The notes: generated by a model not told the origin, from the sequence alone. A DNA stretch of 64,000 nucleotides from Gemmatimonadales bacterium (GCA_007695225.1 REED01000076.1:1309-65308); one strand, 5' to 3'. Shown: positions 7,738 to 18,096, counted from the stretch's first letter. Numbers and translations are program-made.

Positions 7738-10700
7738 ATGAGTGAAGGGATCAAGCGGCGCGACTTCCTGAAGGTGCTCGGGGTGACCGGGGCCGGCGCA
7801 GGCCTCGTGGGATGCTCCACCGATCAGGTGGAGAAGCTCATCCCCTACGTCATCCCGCCCGAGGAAATCACCCCCGGAATCGCCACCTGGTATTCTTCGG
7901 CCTGCGGAGAGTGCTCCGCCGGCTGTGGTGTCTGGGTGAAGACCATGGAGGGTCGGGCCATCAAGCTGGAGGGCAACCCGAACCACCCCGTTTCCCAGGG
8001 GGCTCTCTGCGCCCGGGGACATTCGGGGCTCCAGGCCCTCTACAATCCGGACCGCATCCGGCAGCCTCTTCGGCGCAACGGCGATGACTTCGAACCCATC
8101 TCCTGGGACGAGGCCGAGGCGTTCCTGGCAGACGGCGTGGGAGGAGCGGGCTCGAACCTCCTCCTCCTCTCGGGCCGCACAGGCCCCACGCTGTCCCGCC
8201 TCATGGACGAGGTGGCGGAGGCTACCGGGGGGCGCCGGGTTGAATACGAGGCCCTGTCCGAGGCGCCGCTCCGAGAGGCGGCGCGCATCGCCTTCGGCCG
8301 GGACGAGGTTCCCACCTTCGATTTCGCAGCCGCGGACTTCATCGTCTCCTTCGGTGCCGACTTCCTGGAAACCTGGCTTTCCCCGGTGGAGCATGCCCGG
8401 GGCTTCGCCCGGTCCTCCGGGGTGGATGACGGCACCCGGGAAAAGGCGCGCTTCGTCTTCCTGGGGCCCCGCCTCTCCCTCACGGGGCAGAACGCCGACG
8501 ACTGGTTCCCCATCCGCCCGGGCTCGGAGGGGGTGGTGGCCCTTGCCCTGGCTTCGGCCCTGGCCCAGCGGGGTGGCGATGCCGGTCCCTTCGGCGAACT
8601 TCTCCGCGCCTATGATCTCCAGGGGGCGGCTTCTCAGGCGGGCGTCCCGGTGGAAACCCTCCAGGAGCTGACGGACCAGTTGGCGTCGGCCAACGCACCC
8701 CTGATCCTGGGTCCAGGCGTGGCCGGGCACCATGTGAATGCCACCGCTTCGAATCTGGCGGCCCTGGTTCTGAACGGGGTGGCGGGGGCCGTGGGGACCA
8801 CGGTCCACTTCGCCCACCCGGATCTGGCGGCGCCCTCCTCCAGCTATCAGGAGCTGGCGGATGCCATTGAGGAAATGGCGGCCGGGACGCTCCAGGCCGT
8901 GGTCATCCACGGCACCAACCCCGCCTACTCCCTGCCCGAGGGTACAGGCTTCCGTTCCGCCCTGGGGAATGTGGGCTTCAAGGTGGCCATCACGCCGCAG
9001 ATGGATGAGACTGCGGCGCTGGCCGATCTCATCCTGCCGGATCGCCACTACCTGGAGACGTGGGGCGACTCCAATCCCCGCCCGGGAACCTGGACGGTGC
9101 AGCAGCCGGTGATGCAGCCGGTCCCCCACTTCGATAGCCGGCCTTGCGGGGATCTCCTCCTGGGGGTGCTCCGGAGGCTGGGCCACGACGCCGGAGCCGA
9201 GACCTTCCACGACTATCTCCAGAACCGCTGGAGCGATCTACATGCCGCCGCCGGATCTCCGGGAGGAACCTTCCAGGAGTTCTGGCGCGAAGTGCTTCGC
9301 ACAGGGTTGGCCGAGTTCCCGGCTGAGGCCCTCCCTGAGGCGGTCCTGCAGGCCCCCGACCGGGCCCTGACCTTCGACGCGCCCACTCTGGAGGGAAGCG
9401 ACGACGATCTGGCCCTGGTGGTCTATCCCTCGCCCCGCTTTGGCGACGGGCGGGGCGCGAACCGCCCCTGGCTCCAGGAGCTCCCTGATCCGGTTTCGAA
9501 GATTGGCTGGCATTCCTGGGTGGAGATGCACCCGGACACCGGCCGTGAGCGGGGGATCCGACGGGGGGACATCGTCCGGCTCCGCACCTCCCACGGAGAG
9601 GTGGAGGTTCCGGTCTGGCTCTATCCCGGAATCCGTCCGGACACGGTCGCCGTGGCCATGGGGGCGGGGCACGAGAACTACGGACGTTACGCCGATGGAA
9701 AGGGCGTGAACGCCATGGATCTCCTGGATGCCCAGGTGGAGCAGCCGTCCGGCTCCCTGGTCCTTCTGGGCACCCGGGTGTCGGTGGAAACCACCGGTCG
9801 CCGGCGGCGTCTGGCCACCATCGAGGGCGAGACCCAGACCTTCGATCGGCCCATCACCCCGGCGGTGCAGTTGGCTGCCCTGGGGAATGGCCATGGTGAC
9901 GACTACGGCGGCCACGACCTTCAGGAACTGCAGGGGATGGGCGGGTTCGTCCCGGTTCCAACCGAGGGTCGCCCGGAGGATTTCCCACTGGCGGGCGCCC
10001 GCTACGGGGACTACGCAGACCACGAGAACCTGGCCCGCTGGGCCATGGCCATCGACCTGGACAAGTGCACCGGATGCTCGGCTTGCATCACGGCCTGCCA
10101 GTCCGAGAACAATGTGGCCTGGGTGGGTGAGCAGGAGCTAATGATGGGCCGGGACCTCCACTGGATCCGGATGGAGCGCTACTACGAGACGGTGGACGCT
10201 TCCCAGCCGGGGCCGGTGGACATTCGGTTCCTCCCCATGCTCTGCCAGCACTGCGGGAATGCCCCGTGTGAGCCGGTCTGCCCCGTCTACGCAGCCTACC
10301 ATACGCCGGACGGGCTCAACGCGCAGATCTACAACCGGTGTGTGGGCACCCGGTATTGCGCCAACAACTGCCCCTACAAGGTCCGGGTCTTCAACTGGTA
10401 CGGATACTCGGATGTGCCGGAGCCCATGAACTGGCAGTACAACCCCGACGTCACGGTTCGTTCCGAGGGGGTCATGGAGAAGTGCTCCTTCTGCGTACAG
10501 CGGATCCGCCAGGCCGAGAACCGGGCGACGCTGGAGCAGAGGGGGCTGAGGGAGGGAGATGTGGTCCCGGCGTGTCAGCAGAGCTGCCCCGCGGAGGCCA
10601 TCGTCTTCGGGAACATCCGGGACCCCGAGTCGCGGGTGGCCCAGGTATCCCAGAGTGAGCGTACCTACCGCGTGCTGGATGTGCTCATCAACACCCAGCC

Positions 10701-10758
10701 GGCGGTGAACTATCTGCGGAAGGTCACCTTCCATCCCGTGAAGGACATCCACGTCTGA
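7738..10758 (+). CDS. actB: Alternative Complex III subunit ActB (fused molybdopterin-oxidoreductase-like B1 and FeS B2 domains)
   Basis: Twin-arginine signal MSEGIKRRDFLKVLG. The N-terminal Cys cluster is CGECSAGCG. The C-terminal ferredoxin-type clusters are CTGCSACITAC, CQHCGNAPCEPVCP, CVGTRYCANNCPYK and CQQSCPAEA. Length 1006 aa, position after actA. Confidence 0.92.
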   Translation: MSEGIKRRDFLKVLGVTGAGAGLVGCSTDQVEKLIPYVIPPEEITPGIATWYSSACGECSAGCGVWVKTMEGRAIKLEGNPNHPVSQGALCARGHSGLQALYNPDRIRQPLRRNGDDFEPISWDEAEAFLADGVGGAGSNLLLLSGRTGPTLSRLMDEVAEATGGRRVEYEALSEAPLREAARIAFGRDEVPTFDFAAADFIVSFGADFLETWLSPVEHARGFARSSGVDDGTREKARFVFLGPRLSLTGQNADDWFPIRPGSEGVVALALASALAQRGGDAGPFGELLRAYDLQGAASQAGVPVETLQELTDQLASANAPLILGPGVAGHHVNATASNLAALVLNGVAGAVGTTVHFAHPDLAAPSSSYQELADAIEEMAAGTLQAVVIHGTNPAYSLPEGTGFRSALGNVGFKVAITPQMDETAALADLILPDRHYLETWGDSNPRPGTWTVQQPVMQPVPHFDSRPCGDLLLGVLRRLGHDAGAETFHDYLQNRWSDLHAAAGSPGGTFQEFWREVLRTGLAEFPAEALPEAVLQAPDRALTFDAPTLEGSDDDLALVVYPSPRFGDGRGANRPWLQELPDPVSKIGWHSWVEMHPDTGRERGIRRGDIVRLRTSHGEVEVPVWLYPGIRPDTVAVAMGAGHENYGRYADGKGVNAMDLLDAQVEQPSGSLVLLGTRVSVETTGRRRRLATIEGETQTFDRPITPAVQLAALGNGHGDDYGGHDLQELQGMGGFVPVPTEGRPEDFPLAGARYGDYADHENLARWAMAIDLDKCTGCSACITACQSENNVAWVGEQELMMGRDLHWIRMERYYETVDASQPGPVDIRFLPMLCQHCGNAPCEPVCPVYAAYHTPDGLNAQIYNRCVGTRYCANNCPYKVRVFNWYGYSDVPEPMNWQYNPDVTVRSEGVMEKCSFCVQRIRQAENRATLEQRGLREGDVVPACQQSCPAEAIVFGNIRDPESRVAQVSQSERTYRVLDVLINTQPAVNYLRKVTFHPVKDIHV

Positions 10759-10810
10759 GGTCTCCGTTGGCCCTGCCGGGCCGCGGGAGATCGGACGCGT
10801 GAGGAAGCGA

Positions 10811-12205
10811 ATGGCGACGGCAAGCGAAACTGAAGTTGGGCGGGGGGCGCAGACCCACCCCGACGTTACGACGTACGGGGAGGTCAACACCGACGTCCTC
10901 AAGATCCTGTCCCCCCCGGGGAAATGGTGGTGGATCCTCTTCGGCCTCTCGGTGGCCGGGATCGGTCTTCTGGCCTTCTCCTGGGGGAACCAGATCATCA
11001 ACGGGATCGGGCTCACCGGCCTGAACACGCCGGTGGGGTGGGGGGCCTACATCACCACCTTCGTGTTCTGGGTGGGTATTGCCCATTCCGGCACACTGAT
11101 CTCCGCCATCCTCTACCTCTTCCGGGCCCGGTGGCGCCAGTCCATCTACCGAGCTGCAGAGGCCATGACGGTGTTCGCCGTCATGACGGCGGGTCTCTTC
11201 CCCCTCATCCATGTGGGGCGGGTCTGGCACGCCTACTGGCTGTTCCCCTATCCCAACGAGCGGATGCTGTGGCCGAATTTCCGCTCGCCCCTGGTATGGG
11301 ACGTGTTCGCGGTGACCACCTACTTCACGGTCTCCTCCCTCTTCTTCCTCCTGGGGCTGATCCCCGACATCGCCGCGGCCCGGGACCAGGCGAAGCCCGG
11401 GTCCATCCGGCAGAAGATCTACAAGGCCATCTCCTTCGGATGGCGGGGGACAGATCGGCAGTGGCATCACTTCGGAAAGGCCTACCTCTTCATGGCGGCC
11501 CTGGCGACCCCCCTGGTGATCTCGGTGCACTCGGTGGTGTCCTGGGACTTCGCCATGGGGATCGTGCCCGGATGGCACGCCACCATCTTCGCCCCGTACT
11601 TCGTGGCCGGCGCCATCTTCTCCGGGGTGGCCATGGTGATCACCCTCATGGTCCCCATCCGGAAGATCTTCGGTCTGGAGAAGTACCTGACGGTCCGGCA
11701 TTTCGATGCCATGGCCAAGCTCATTCTCCTCACCGGCCTCATCGTCTTCTACGCCTACCTCGTTGAGTTCTTCATGGCGTGGTACTCAGGTGAGGACCCG
11801 GAGCGACGGCTCTTCTGGAACCGACTCTTCGGGCACTACTGGTGGGCCACGTGGATCATGCTGATCTGCAACGGCTTCATCCCGATCCTACTCTGGTTCC
11901 GGCGGGTCCGGCACTCCATCGCCGCGCTCTTCGTCATCACCATCTTCATCAACATCGGGATGTGGTTCGAGCGCTTCGTCATCATCGCCACTTCCCTGGC
12001 GACGGAGTTCATGCCCTTCGCCTGGAACGTCTACCGGCCCTCGGTGACGGAGATGGGGATCATGGTGGGGAGCTTCGCCTGGTTCTCCTTCTGGTTCCTC
12101 ATCTTCATCCGGATGCTCCCGCCGGTGGCCATCGCCGAGATCAAGGAAGTGCTCCCGCCGCCCATGCGCGGTAGGCCCAAGCGGACCAAGGAGGTGTCGT
12201 CATGA
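10811..12205 (+). CDS. actC: Alternative Complex III subunit ActC (NrfD/PsrC-like quinol-interacting membrane subunit)
   Basis: A polytopic membrane protein of about 10 TM helices, rich in W/F/Y, following actB. The ATG at 10811 is preceded by GAGGAAG; an alternative GTG is at 10799. Confidence 0.88.
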   Translation: MATASETEVGRGAQTHPDVTTYGEVNTDVLKILSPPGKWWWILFGLSVAGIGLLAFSWGNQIINGIGLTGLNTPVGWGAYITTFVFWVGIAHSGTLISAILYLFRARWRQSIYRAAEAMTVFAVMTAGLFPLIHVGRVWHAYWLFPYPNERMLWPNFRSPLVWDVFAVTTYFTVSSLFFLLGLIPDIAAARDQAKPGSIRQKIYKAISFGWRGTDRQWHHFGKAYLFMAALATPLVISVHSVVSWDFAMGIVPGWHATIFAPYFVAGAIFSGVAMVITLMVPIRKIFGLEKYLTVRHFDAMAKLILLTGLIVFYAYLVEFFMAWYSGEDPERRLFWNRLFGHYWWATWIMLICNGFIPILLWFRRVRHSIAALFVITIFINIGMWFERFVIIATSLATEFMPFAWNVYRPSVTEMGIMVGSFAWFSFWFLIFIRMLPPVAIAEIKEVLPPPMRGRPKRTKEVSS

Positions 12206-12744
12206 GCGCCGCGCCTGGGACGGATCGACAGGGGGTCCTGGCATCCTACGACTACCTGGACGACACGGTGGATGCCATCAAGGAATTGAGGGCCGAGGGG
12301 TTCGAAGAGATCACGGCCTTCTCCCCCTTCCCGGAGCACCATATCGAGGAAGCCCTGGGGTACGGGGCCAGCCCGGTGCGCCTCTTTGCCCTGGTGGGCG
12401 GGCTCACGGGAGCGGCGACGGGCCTGGCCTTCACGGTCTATGCGAGCCTGGACTGGCCCCTCATCACCGGTGGAAAGCCCGTGCTTTCCATTCCGGCCTA
12501 CGTCATCCCCACCTTCGAGATGACGATTCTCTTCGGGGCCTTCTTCACGGTCATCGGGGTTCTCTGGCATATGAGGATCCCGGAGCTGAAATCCACCGTC
12601 GTCTACGACCCCGAGTTGTCAGCGGGTCGCTTCGGCGTGTACGTGACCGCCCCGGCCGATCGCCTGGCCCAGGCGCGTCAGATTCTGGAATCGAACGGGC
12701 CGGCCCTGCTGGAGGACGACCCGGATGGGAGATCCCATGGTTGA
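12202..12744 (+). CDS. actD: Alternative Complex III subunit ActD (DUF3341-type)
   Basis: The ATG overlaps the actC stop (ATGA). It has a soluble N-terminal domain (VLASYDYLDDTVDAIKELRAEGF) then two TM helices, in the canonical operon position. Confidence 0.85.
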   Translation: MSAAPGTDRQGVLASYDYLDDTVDAIKELRAEGFEEITAFSPFPEHHIEEALGYGASPVRLFALVGGLTGAATGLAFTVYASLDWPLITGGKPVLSIPAYVIPTFEMTILFGAFFTVIGVLWHMRIPELKSTVVYDPELSAGRFGVYVTAPADRLAQARQILESNGPALLEDDPDGRSHG

Positions 12745-13408
12745 TGGAAGAGCGACAATGAAGGGCGTCCAGAGGGCCGGCGTCCTCCTTCTCCTGGTGG
12801 CTACGAGCGCGGCCTGCAGCCCGATGGATGACCTCATCGTCTCCATTTTCGGGCGGTCCATGCGCAGCCAGCCATCGTTGGGGGCATACGAACAGGAACC
12901 CCGCAGTCCCGCAGTCGGGTCGGTCCCCTTTGCCTCGGGCAACTTTCCCGGGGCCGAGGGTGAGGTGAACGTGGGACAGCCGGAGGGCGTGCCCATGCCT
13001 CCGCCAATCACCCAGATGATGGTCCTCCAGGCCATGGGACAGCCGGACGCCGTCCCTGAGATCACGAACCTGCAGAACCCCGTCGCCCCCTCCGCCGCTT
13101 CCCTGGAACGAGGAAGGGTGCTCTACGATCGGGCCTGCGTTCCCTGTCACGCCGAGAACGGTGACGGACAGGGGCCGGTGACCCAGGCGGGGATTCCGCC
13201 CTGGTCGCTGGTGGCTCCCCACGTGACCAACTATTCCGACGGCTTTCTCTACTCCGTCATCCGGGTGGGGCGCGGCCTGATGCCCGGATACGGACACCAG
13301 CTTACACACTTCGATCGGTGGCACGTGGTGAACTACGTGCGCGAACTGCAGGGGACTCTTCCCCAGGCACCGGCCGAGGGCGCGTCCGGCGCGGCCGGGC
13401 AGGACTGA
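12737..13408 (+). CDS. actE: Alternative Complex III subunit ActE (monoheme cytochrome c, lipoprotein)
   Basis: A single CxxCH (CVPCH) with a downstream Met ligand region (RGLMPGYG). The signal peptide has a lipobox (LLLVATSAAC). The start is ambiguous among ATGs at 12725, 12737 and 12758. Confidence 0.85.
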   Translation: MVDGRATMKGVQRAGVLLLLVATSAACSPMDDLIVSIFGRSMRSQPSLGAYEQEPRSPAVGSVPFASGNFPGAEGEVNVGQPEGVPMPPPITQMMVLQAMGQPDAVPEITNLQNPVAPSAASLERGRVLYDRACVPCHAENGDGQGPVTQAGIPPWSLVAPHVTNYSDGFLYSVIRVGRGLMPGYGHQLTHFDRWHVVNYVRELQGTLPQAPAEGASGAAGQD

Positions 13409-13418
13409 GGACCGAACG

Positions 13419-14777
13419 ATGCATGAGATTCCCGTTCCTTCCGAGATCCAGCCCCGGTACCTCCCCCGCTCCCGGGGGACCTCGCTCCTCCTGGGCGGGA
13501 TGGTAGCAGTCGGGGCCCTGGCCTTCTTTGCACTCCTGGCCTCGAATCCCGATCGGGCGTGGCAGGCCTACGTGGCGAACTGGCTGTTCTTCACCGGGAT
13601 CGCTGCGGGTGCGGTCCTGTTGTCCGTCGTGACGGTCATCGTCAAGGCGAAGTGGAACTGGTCCATCCGCCGCGTTGCGATCGCATTCGGGGCCTTCCTC
13701 CCCCTTTCGTACCTTCTCATGCTGCCCATGTTGCGGCTCCGGGAAAGCTACTTCCCCTGGATCGAGAAGATGGCCTACGATGAGATCGTCCAGGCCAAAG
13801 CCGCCTACCTCAACATCCCCTTCCTTATCACCCGGAACCTGATCTCGCCGGTGATCCTGTTCGGGATCATGCTCCTCTTCATCTACTGGATGCTGCGCCC
13901 TGATCTGGGGCCAGGGCGCCAGGCGGATGAGGGGGGCGACGCGGGACGGGCCCGCTGGCGGGAGCGGATCGCCGGGAACTGGCTGGGACAGGCGGAAGAA
14001 GAGGCCCGGAGCTGGGAGAAGCTCAAGCGGCTCGCGCCGGCGGTGGCCATTCTCTATGCCGTGGTCCTCTCCTTCGTATCCATTGACTGGGCCATGACCC
14101 TGGAGCCCCACTGGTTCTCCACCCTCTTCCCGGGGTGGTTCTTCATGGCCGCCTTCTGGGGAGGGATCTGCGCCACGGTTGTGGCCATGGTGCTTTTGAA
14201 GCGGTCGGATCCCTTCTACGATGAGCACATCGGCCCCTATCAGAAACACGACATGGGGAAGCTGGTGTTCGGCTTCTCGATCTTCTGGGCGTACCTGTTT
14301 TTTTCCCAGTACATCGTTATCTGGTACGGGAAGCTTCCCTGGGAGCAGGAGTGGATCATCCACCGGTCCGGCGCGGAATGGGGTCCCCTTTCCCTGCTCG
14401 TGATCTTCCTCTGCTTCGTGGTCCCTTTCGCGGGTCTCATCGGGCGGCAGCCGAAGATGAACCCCCGCTGGTTGGGTAGCATCGCCCTCATCGCCCTGGT
14501 CGGCCTCTGGATGGAGCGGTGGCTCCTGATCGCACCCTCTCTCCATGTCCCGGGCACCCCCACCATCACCCTCTGGGAGCCACTCATCGCCATCGGTTTC
14601 CTCGGGATTTTCGTCGCCAGCGTGCGGTGGTTCCTTTCCACCTTTCCGGTGGTCCAGATCTGGCAGCCGCCCTATGAGGCCGAGCGCCTGGAGGCGGAGT
14701 TGATGCTGGACGAGGAAGGGGACGTCGTAGTGGCGACCCCTGAGCGAGGCCGTCGGGAGCAGGCGCGGGGGCTCTGA
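13419..14777 (+). CDS. actF: Alternative Complex III subunit ActF (second NrfD-like membrane subunit)
   Basis: A polytopic membrane protein paralogous in flavour to ActC (WFSTLFPGWFFMAAFWGG..., YIVIWYGKLPWE) and the last gene of the operon. Confidence 0.85.
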   Translation: MHEIPVPSEIQPRYLPRSRGTSLLLGGMVAVGALAFFALLASNPDRAWQAYVANWLFFTGIAAGAVLLSVVTVIVKAKWNWSIRRVAIAFGAFLPLSYLLMLPMLRLRESYFPWIEKMAYDEIVQAKAAYLNIPFLITRNLISPVILFGIMLLFIYWMLRPDLGPGRQADEGGDAGRARWRERIAGNWLGQAEEEARSWEKLKRLAPAVAILYAVVLSFVSIDWAMTLEPHWFSTLFPGWFFMAAFWGGICATVVAMVLLKRSDPFYDEHIGPYQKHDMGKLVFGFSIFWAYLFFSQYIVIWYGKLPWEQEWIIHRSGAEWGPLSLLVIFLCFVVPFAGLIGRQPKMNPRWLGSIALIALVGLWMERWLLIAPSLHVPGTPTITLWEPLIAIGFLGIFVASVRWFLSTFPVVQIWQPPYEAERLEAELMLDEEGDVVVATPERGRREQARGL

Positions 14778-14852
14778 GCCGGGGCAGGAGCGCCGAAGGG
14801 GCGCCTCCGCCAGAGAAACCAGCGTTCCGCTCCACAGTGTGAAGCTGGTCGG

Positions 14853-15626
14853 TCAGTCCTGCAGGAACGCCAGGGCTGCCTCGTGAAGGATGCCATTGGT
14901 TGAAAGGCCGGAGCCGCCATGGATGGTGGCCCGGCCTTTCACGTCGGTGAAACGGCCGCCGGCTTCCGTGAGGATGGTAAGGAGGGGGGCGGAGTCCCAG
15001 GACGAGAGTTCCGGGTCCACCATCACCTCGGCACGGCCTGTGGCCACCAGGGCGTGTCCGTAGGCATCCCCCCAACTCCGGGTGTACTCGCATGCGGCAG
15101 AGAGGCGGTCCCACCCCTCCCCCACTGCGCTCCTCCGCGCCATCACAGGGTCGGTAGTGAGCACGAGGGCCTTTCCCAGCTCCGCTTGGGAGGAGACGCC
15201 GCAGGGACGGCCGTTCCACCGGCACCCCTGACCCCTGGCCGCCGCCACCGTCTCGGAGAGGCCGGGGAAGTGGGCGACGCCCACCACCGGCTCCCCCTCC
15301 ACCTCCACGCCGATGAGGACGGCATAGAGCGGGACGCCGCGCATGAAGGAACGGGTGCCATCAATGGGATCCAGGATCCAGCGAACGGGTGCTCGGCCCG
15401 GCTTCTCCCCAAACTCCTCGCCGAGGATGCCGTGCTCCGGATAGCGCTCTGTGATGCGTCGACGAAGCGCCTCTTCCGCGGCGCGATCAGCCAGCGTGAC
15501 CGGGGTGCCGTCTCCCTTTTCCTGGTGTTCCACCCTGGCGCCGAAGTACTGGAGGGTGATCTCGCCCGCCTGGAGGGCGATGTCCTCGGCGAAGGTCAGC
15601 AGTTCGGCGGGGGAGGGAAGACTCAC
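14853..15626 (-). CDS. inositol monophosphatase family protein (IMPase/HisN-like)
   Basis: IMPase-family motifs WILDPIDGTRSF and, at the C-terminus, WDSAPL. The start overlaps the upstream GGDEF gene stop by 4 nt. Confidence 0.85.
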   Translation of the reverse strand: MSLPSPAELLTFAEDIALQAGEITLQYFGARVEHQEKGDGTPVTLADRAAEEALRRRITERYPEHGILGEEFGEKPGRAPVRWILDPIDGTRSFMRGVPLYAVLIGVEVEGEPVVGVAHFPGLSETVAAARGQGCRWNGRPCGVSSQAELGKALVLTTDPVMARRSAVGEGWDRLSAACEYTRSWGDAYGHALVATGRAEVMVDPELSSWDSAPLLTILTEAGGRFTDVKGRATIHGGSGLSTNGILHEAALAFLQD

Positions 15627-17143
15627 GAAGCAGCCTCCCGCTTCGCCGAGCGAGCCGCCTTGGCCTGGTAGAGATTCCGGTCCGCCGCTTCCACGAGTTC
15701 CCGGACCTCCACCATGGCGTCGGAGAATTCGGCGACCCCGGCGGAGAAGGAGAGGTCCGCATCCCGTACCACAGGATGCTTCCGGAGTCGGCCCTTCACC
15801 CGCTCGGCAAAGAGCCGGCCACCTTCCGCGGAGGTGTCGGAGAGGACGGCCACGAACTCATCTCCCCCATACCGAGCCACCAGGTTCATGGCACGTGTCT
15901 CCCCGGAAAGGACCTCTCCCACGGCACGGAGCGCCTCGTCGCCGGCCAGGTGGCCCATGGTGTCATTGTACCGCTTGAAGTCGTTCAGGTCGAAGAGGAC
16001 CATGGAGAGCGGTCGGCCCCGGCGTGCCGCGGCAAACTCCTGGGAGAGATGGAGCTCCAGGTGGCGTCGATTGGGAAGTCCGGTGAGTGGGTCCGTCAGT
16101 GAGAGGGCGCGGAGACGGGCGTGCAGATGGGCATTCTCCAGCGCCAGCGCCGCGTGGCCGGCCAGCCGCTGCAGGAGGCGGGCCTCTTCCCGCTGGAAGC
16201 TGCGGGGGGCCTCCGATGCCACGGAGATGCCTCCGATGACCCGCTCTCCCGAAACAAGGGGGACCACCAGGGCGCTCTCTCCCTTCAGCCGTCGGCGGAA
16301 GCTCAGCGGAAGGAGTTCAGTGGCAGGAAGGTCGTCTACAATGACCGTCTCTCGCTCCTCCAGCACCATCCGCACCAGTTGTCCTTCCAGGGGGAAGTAG
16401 GCTCCTTCAGGTGGTCCGGTGCGACCGGCAGAGGCCCCGATGCGGATGCCCTCTTCTTCCAGGAGCCAGACCGCCGCGCCTTCAGAGGCGAGGAGTTCGC
16501 GGGCCGCATCCACGATCCGCCGGAGCACCTCCCGGTCGTCGAGGGAGGAGGTGAAGGTCCGGGCCAATTCCAGAACTCGTTCCGCCTCTCGCCGCCGACG
16601 ATCAAGCTCCGACATGTGACGGGAGTTCTGGATCGCCACCGAGGCCACGTCGGCAATCCCCTGAAGGAGCTCCAATTCCTCCGCATCGTAGGCCCCGGCC
16701 CGATAGCTCTGAACCGAGATCACTCCGATCACACGGTTCCCGATGCGCAGGGGGACCGAGATGGCTGAGCGGGTTGCGCCAGACTCCGTGTCGCCCAGAA
16801 GGAGGAGGGAGTGATCTCCAAGGCGATCCTCCACGAGCACCCCTTCACCACTCGCGAGAACCTCGCTTGAGGAACCGCGAAAGACCACGGGCTTCCAACT
16901 CGCTCGCCCCTGGTCTGACCAGTACACCACCTCAGCCCGATCGCTCTCCTGCTGGTAGAGGGCGATGTAGAAGCCGTCTGTCTCCAGCACCCGAGCGGTC
17001 TCTCGATGGATGGCGGCATAGATCTCCCCCTCCTGGAGAACGCCAGCCAGTGCCCGACCCACTCCGAGCAGGACCCGGTAGCGGTGATCCACTGTGGGGA
17101 GACCCATCTCAAAGTCCCACACGTCCATGCTTCTGGTTGCCAT
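15623..17143 (-). CDS. diguanylate cyclase with two GAF-like sensor domains (GAF-GAF-GGDEF)
   Basis: The C-terminal GGDEF domain has LTGLPNRRHL, a DLNDFKRYND segment and an RYGGDEF active site. Upstream are two repeats of GAF-like sequence. Start chosen at ATG 17143 (MATRSMDVW); the ORF is open to 17254. Confidence 0.85.
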   Translation of the reverse strand: MATRSMDVWDFEMGLPTVDHRYRVLLGVGRALAGVLQEGEIYAAIHRETARVLETDGFYIALYQQESDRAEVVYWSDQGRASWKPVVFRGSSSEVLASGEGVLVEDRLGDHSLLLLGDTESGATRSAISVPLRIGNRVIGVISVQSYRAGAYDAEELELLQGIADVASVAIQNSRHMSELDRRRREAERVLELARTFTSSLDDREVLRRIVDAARELLASEGAAVWLLEEEGIRIGASAGRTGPPEGAYFPLEGQLVRMVLEERETVIVDDLPATELLPLSFRRRLKGESALVVPLVSGERVIGGISVASEAPRSFQREEARLLQRLAGHAALALENAHLHARLRALSLTDPLTGLPNRRHLELHLSQEFAAARRGRPLSMVLFDLNDFKRYNDTMGHLAGDEALRAVGEVLSGETRAMNLVARYGGDEFVAVLSDTSAEGGRLFAERVKGRLRKHPVVRDADLSFSAGVAEFSDAMVEVRELVEAADRNLYQAKAARSAKREAAS

Positions 17144-17263
17144 TCCCTGTAACCGGAGTGGGTGGGCGGAGGAGGGCGCCAAGCCGGTGCCGTGCCTCGT
17201 CTGTCTGGTTTCCTCAGGGGCCGTGAAGGTCCGTGGCCTGGCCAAGGCTTGCAAGATGCGGGC

Positions 17264-18082
17264 CTAAGTCTCCCCAACGGGTCTCTCCGGGTTCGGTTCC
17301 CCCCCGTCCTCGGCCGAATGCGCCGGCAGGTGGCGGTCCAGATAGTTCTGCACCTCGAAGCCAAGGGCCTGCACGAGTCCCGCCTCCTGTTGATCAGGGT
17401 CCGCACGGGAGAGGAGAGTGCGGAACGTCCGCATCACGCTCTCGGGCGTCCGGGCCTTGAAGAAGTCGACGCGGGTCAATGCGCCTTCCAGCGCCCCGAA
17501 CATCGTTTCCATCCGCTCTCGGGAGGCCGGTCCCGTGGAGCGACGGCCCCGGGGAAGGGGGCGGTCCTCTCCCTGCGCTGCCAAGAAGAGTTCGTAGGAA
17601 AGAAGGAGACAGGCCTGGGCCAGGTTCAGGGAGGAGTAGTCGGGGTTCGTGGGGATGATGGCCACTCCGTCGCAGAGGTCCAGGGCCTCATTCGAGAGTC
17701 CCCGATCCTCTCGGCCGAAGACGAGCGCCACCGGCCCCTCTTCCGCCCGGGCCAGCATTCGGTGCGCCCAGTCCCTGGCATATCGGTAGTTCCGCTGGGC
17801 GGTCCGGGGGCGGGCGGAGGTCCCCACCACCAGCACCGCATCGGCCACTGCGTCCTCCAGGGTGTCCATGTGTTCCGTGCGCTCCACCACGTCGTCGGCT
17901 CGATGGGCGATCCCGGTGATCCGCCAGGCATCCCATTCTGCAGGACGCACGACGCGGAGGCGGGAGAGCCCCATGTTCTTCATCGCTCGGACCACGCCGG
18001 CCACATTCACCAGGTTCTGCGGTTCGTGCAGGACGATGACGATCCGGTCCAGCCGGGGGTCGCCGTGGTTCATGGATTCCAT
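17264..18082 (-). CDS. SpoU/TrmJ-family RNA 2'-O-methyltransferase
   Basis: The N-terminus IVIVLHEPQNLVNVAGVVRAMKNMGL and the SPOUT motifs LVFGREDRGLSNEAL and IPTNPDYSSLNLAQA are typical of TrmJ/TrmH group-1 enzymes. Confidence 0.8.
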   Translation of the reverse strand: MESMNHGDPRLDRIVIVLHEPQNLVNVAGVVRAMKNMGLSRLRVVRPAEWDAWRITGIAHRADDVVERTEHMDTLEDAVADAVLVVGTSARPRTAQRNYRYARDWAHRMLARAEEGPVALVFGREDRGLSNEALDLCDGVAIIPTNPDYSSLNLAQACLLLSYELFLAAQGEDRPLPRGRRSTGPASRERMETMFGALEGALTRVDFFKARTPESVMRTFRTLLSRADPDQQEAGLVQALGFEVQNYLDRHLPAHSAEDGGEPNPERPVGET

Positions 18083-18096
18083 CAGGGAGTCCGGTT

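Noticed and set aside
14787-14808. A hairpin (GGAGCGCC-gaag-GGCGCCTCC) as a terminator between actF and the convergent IMPase gene.
   Set aside because: The stem is short and bulged with no U-tract. It is plausible but too weak to list as a feature.
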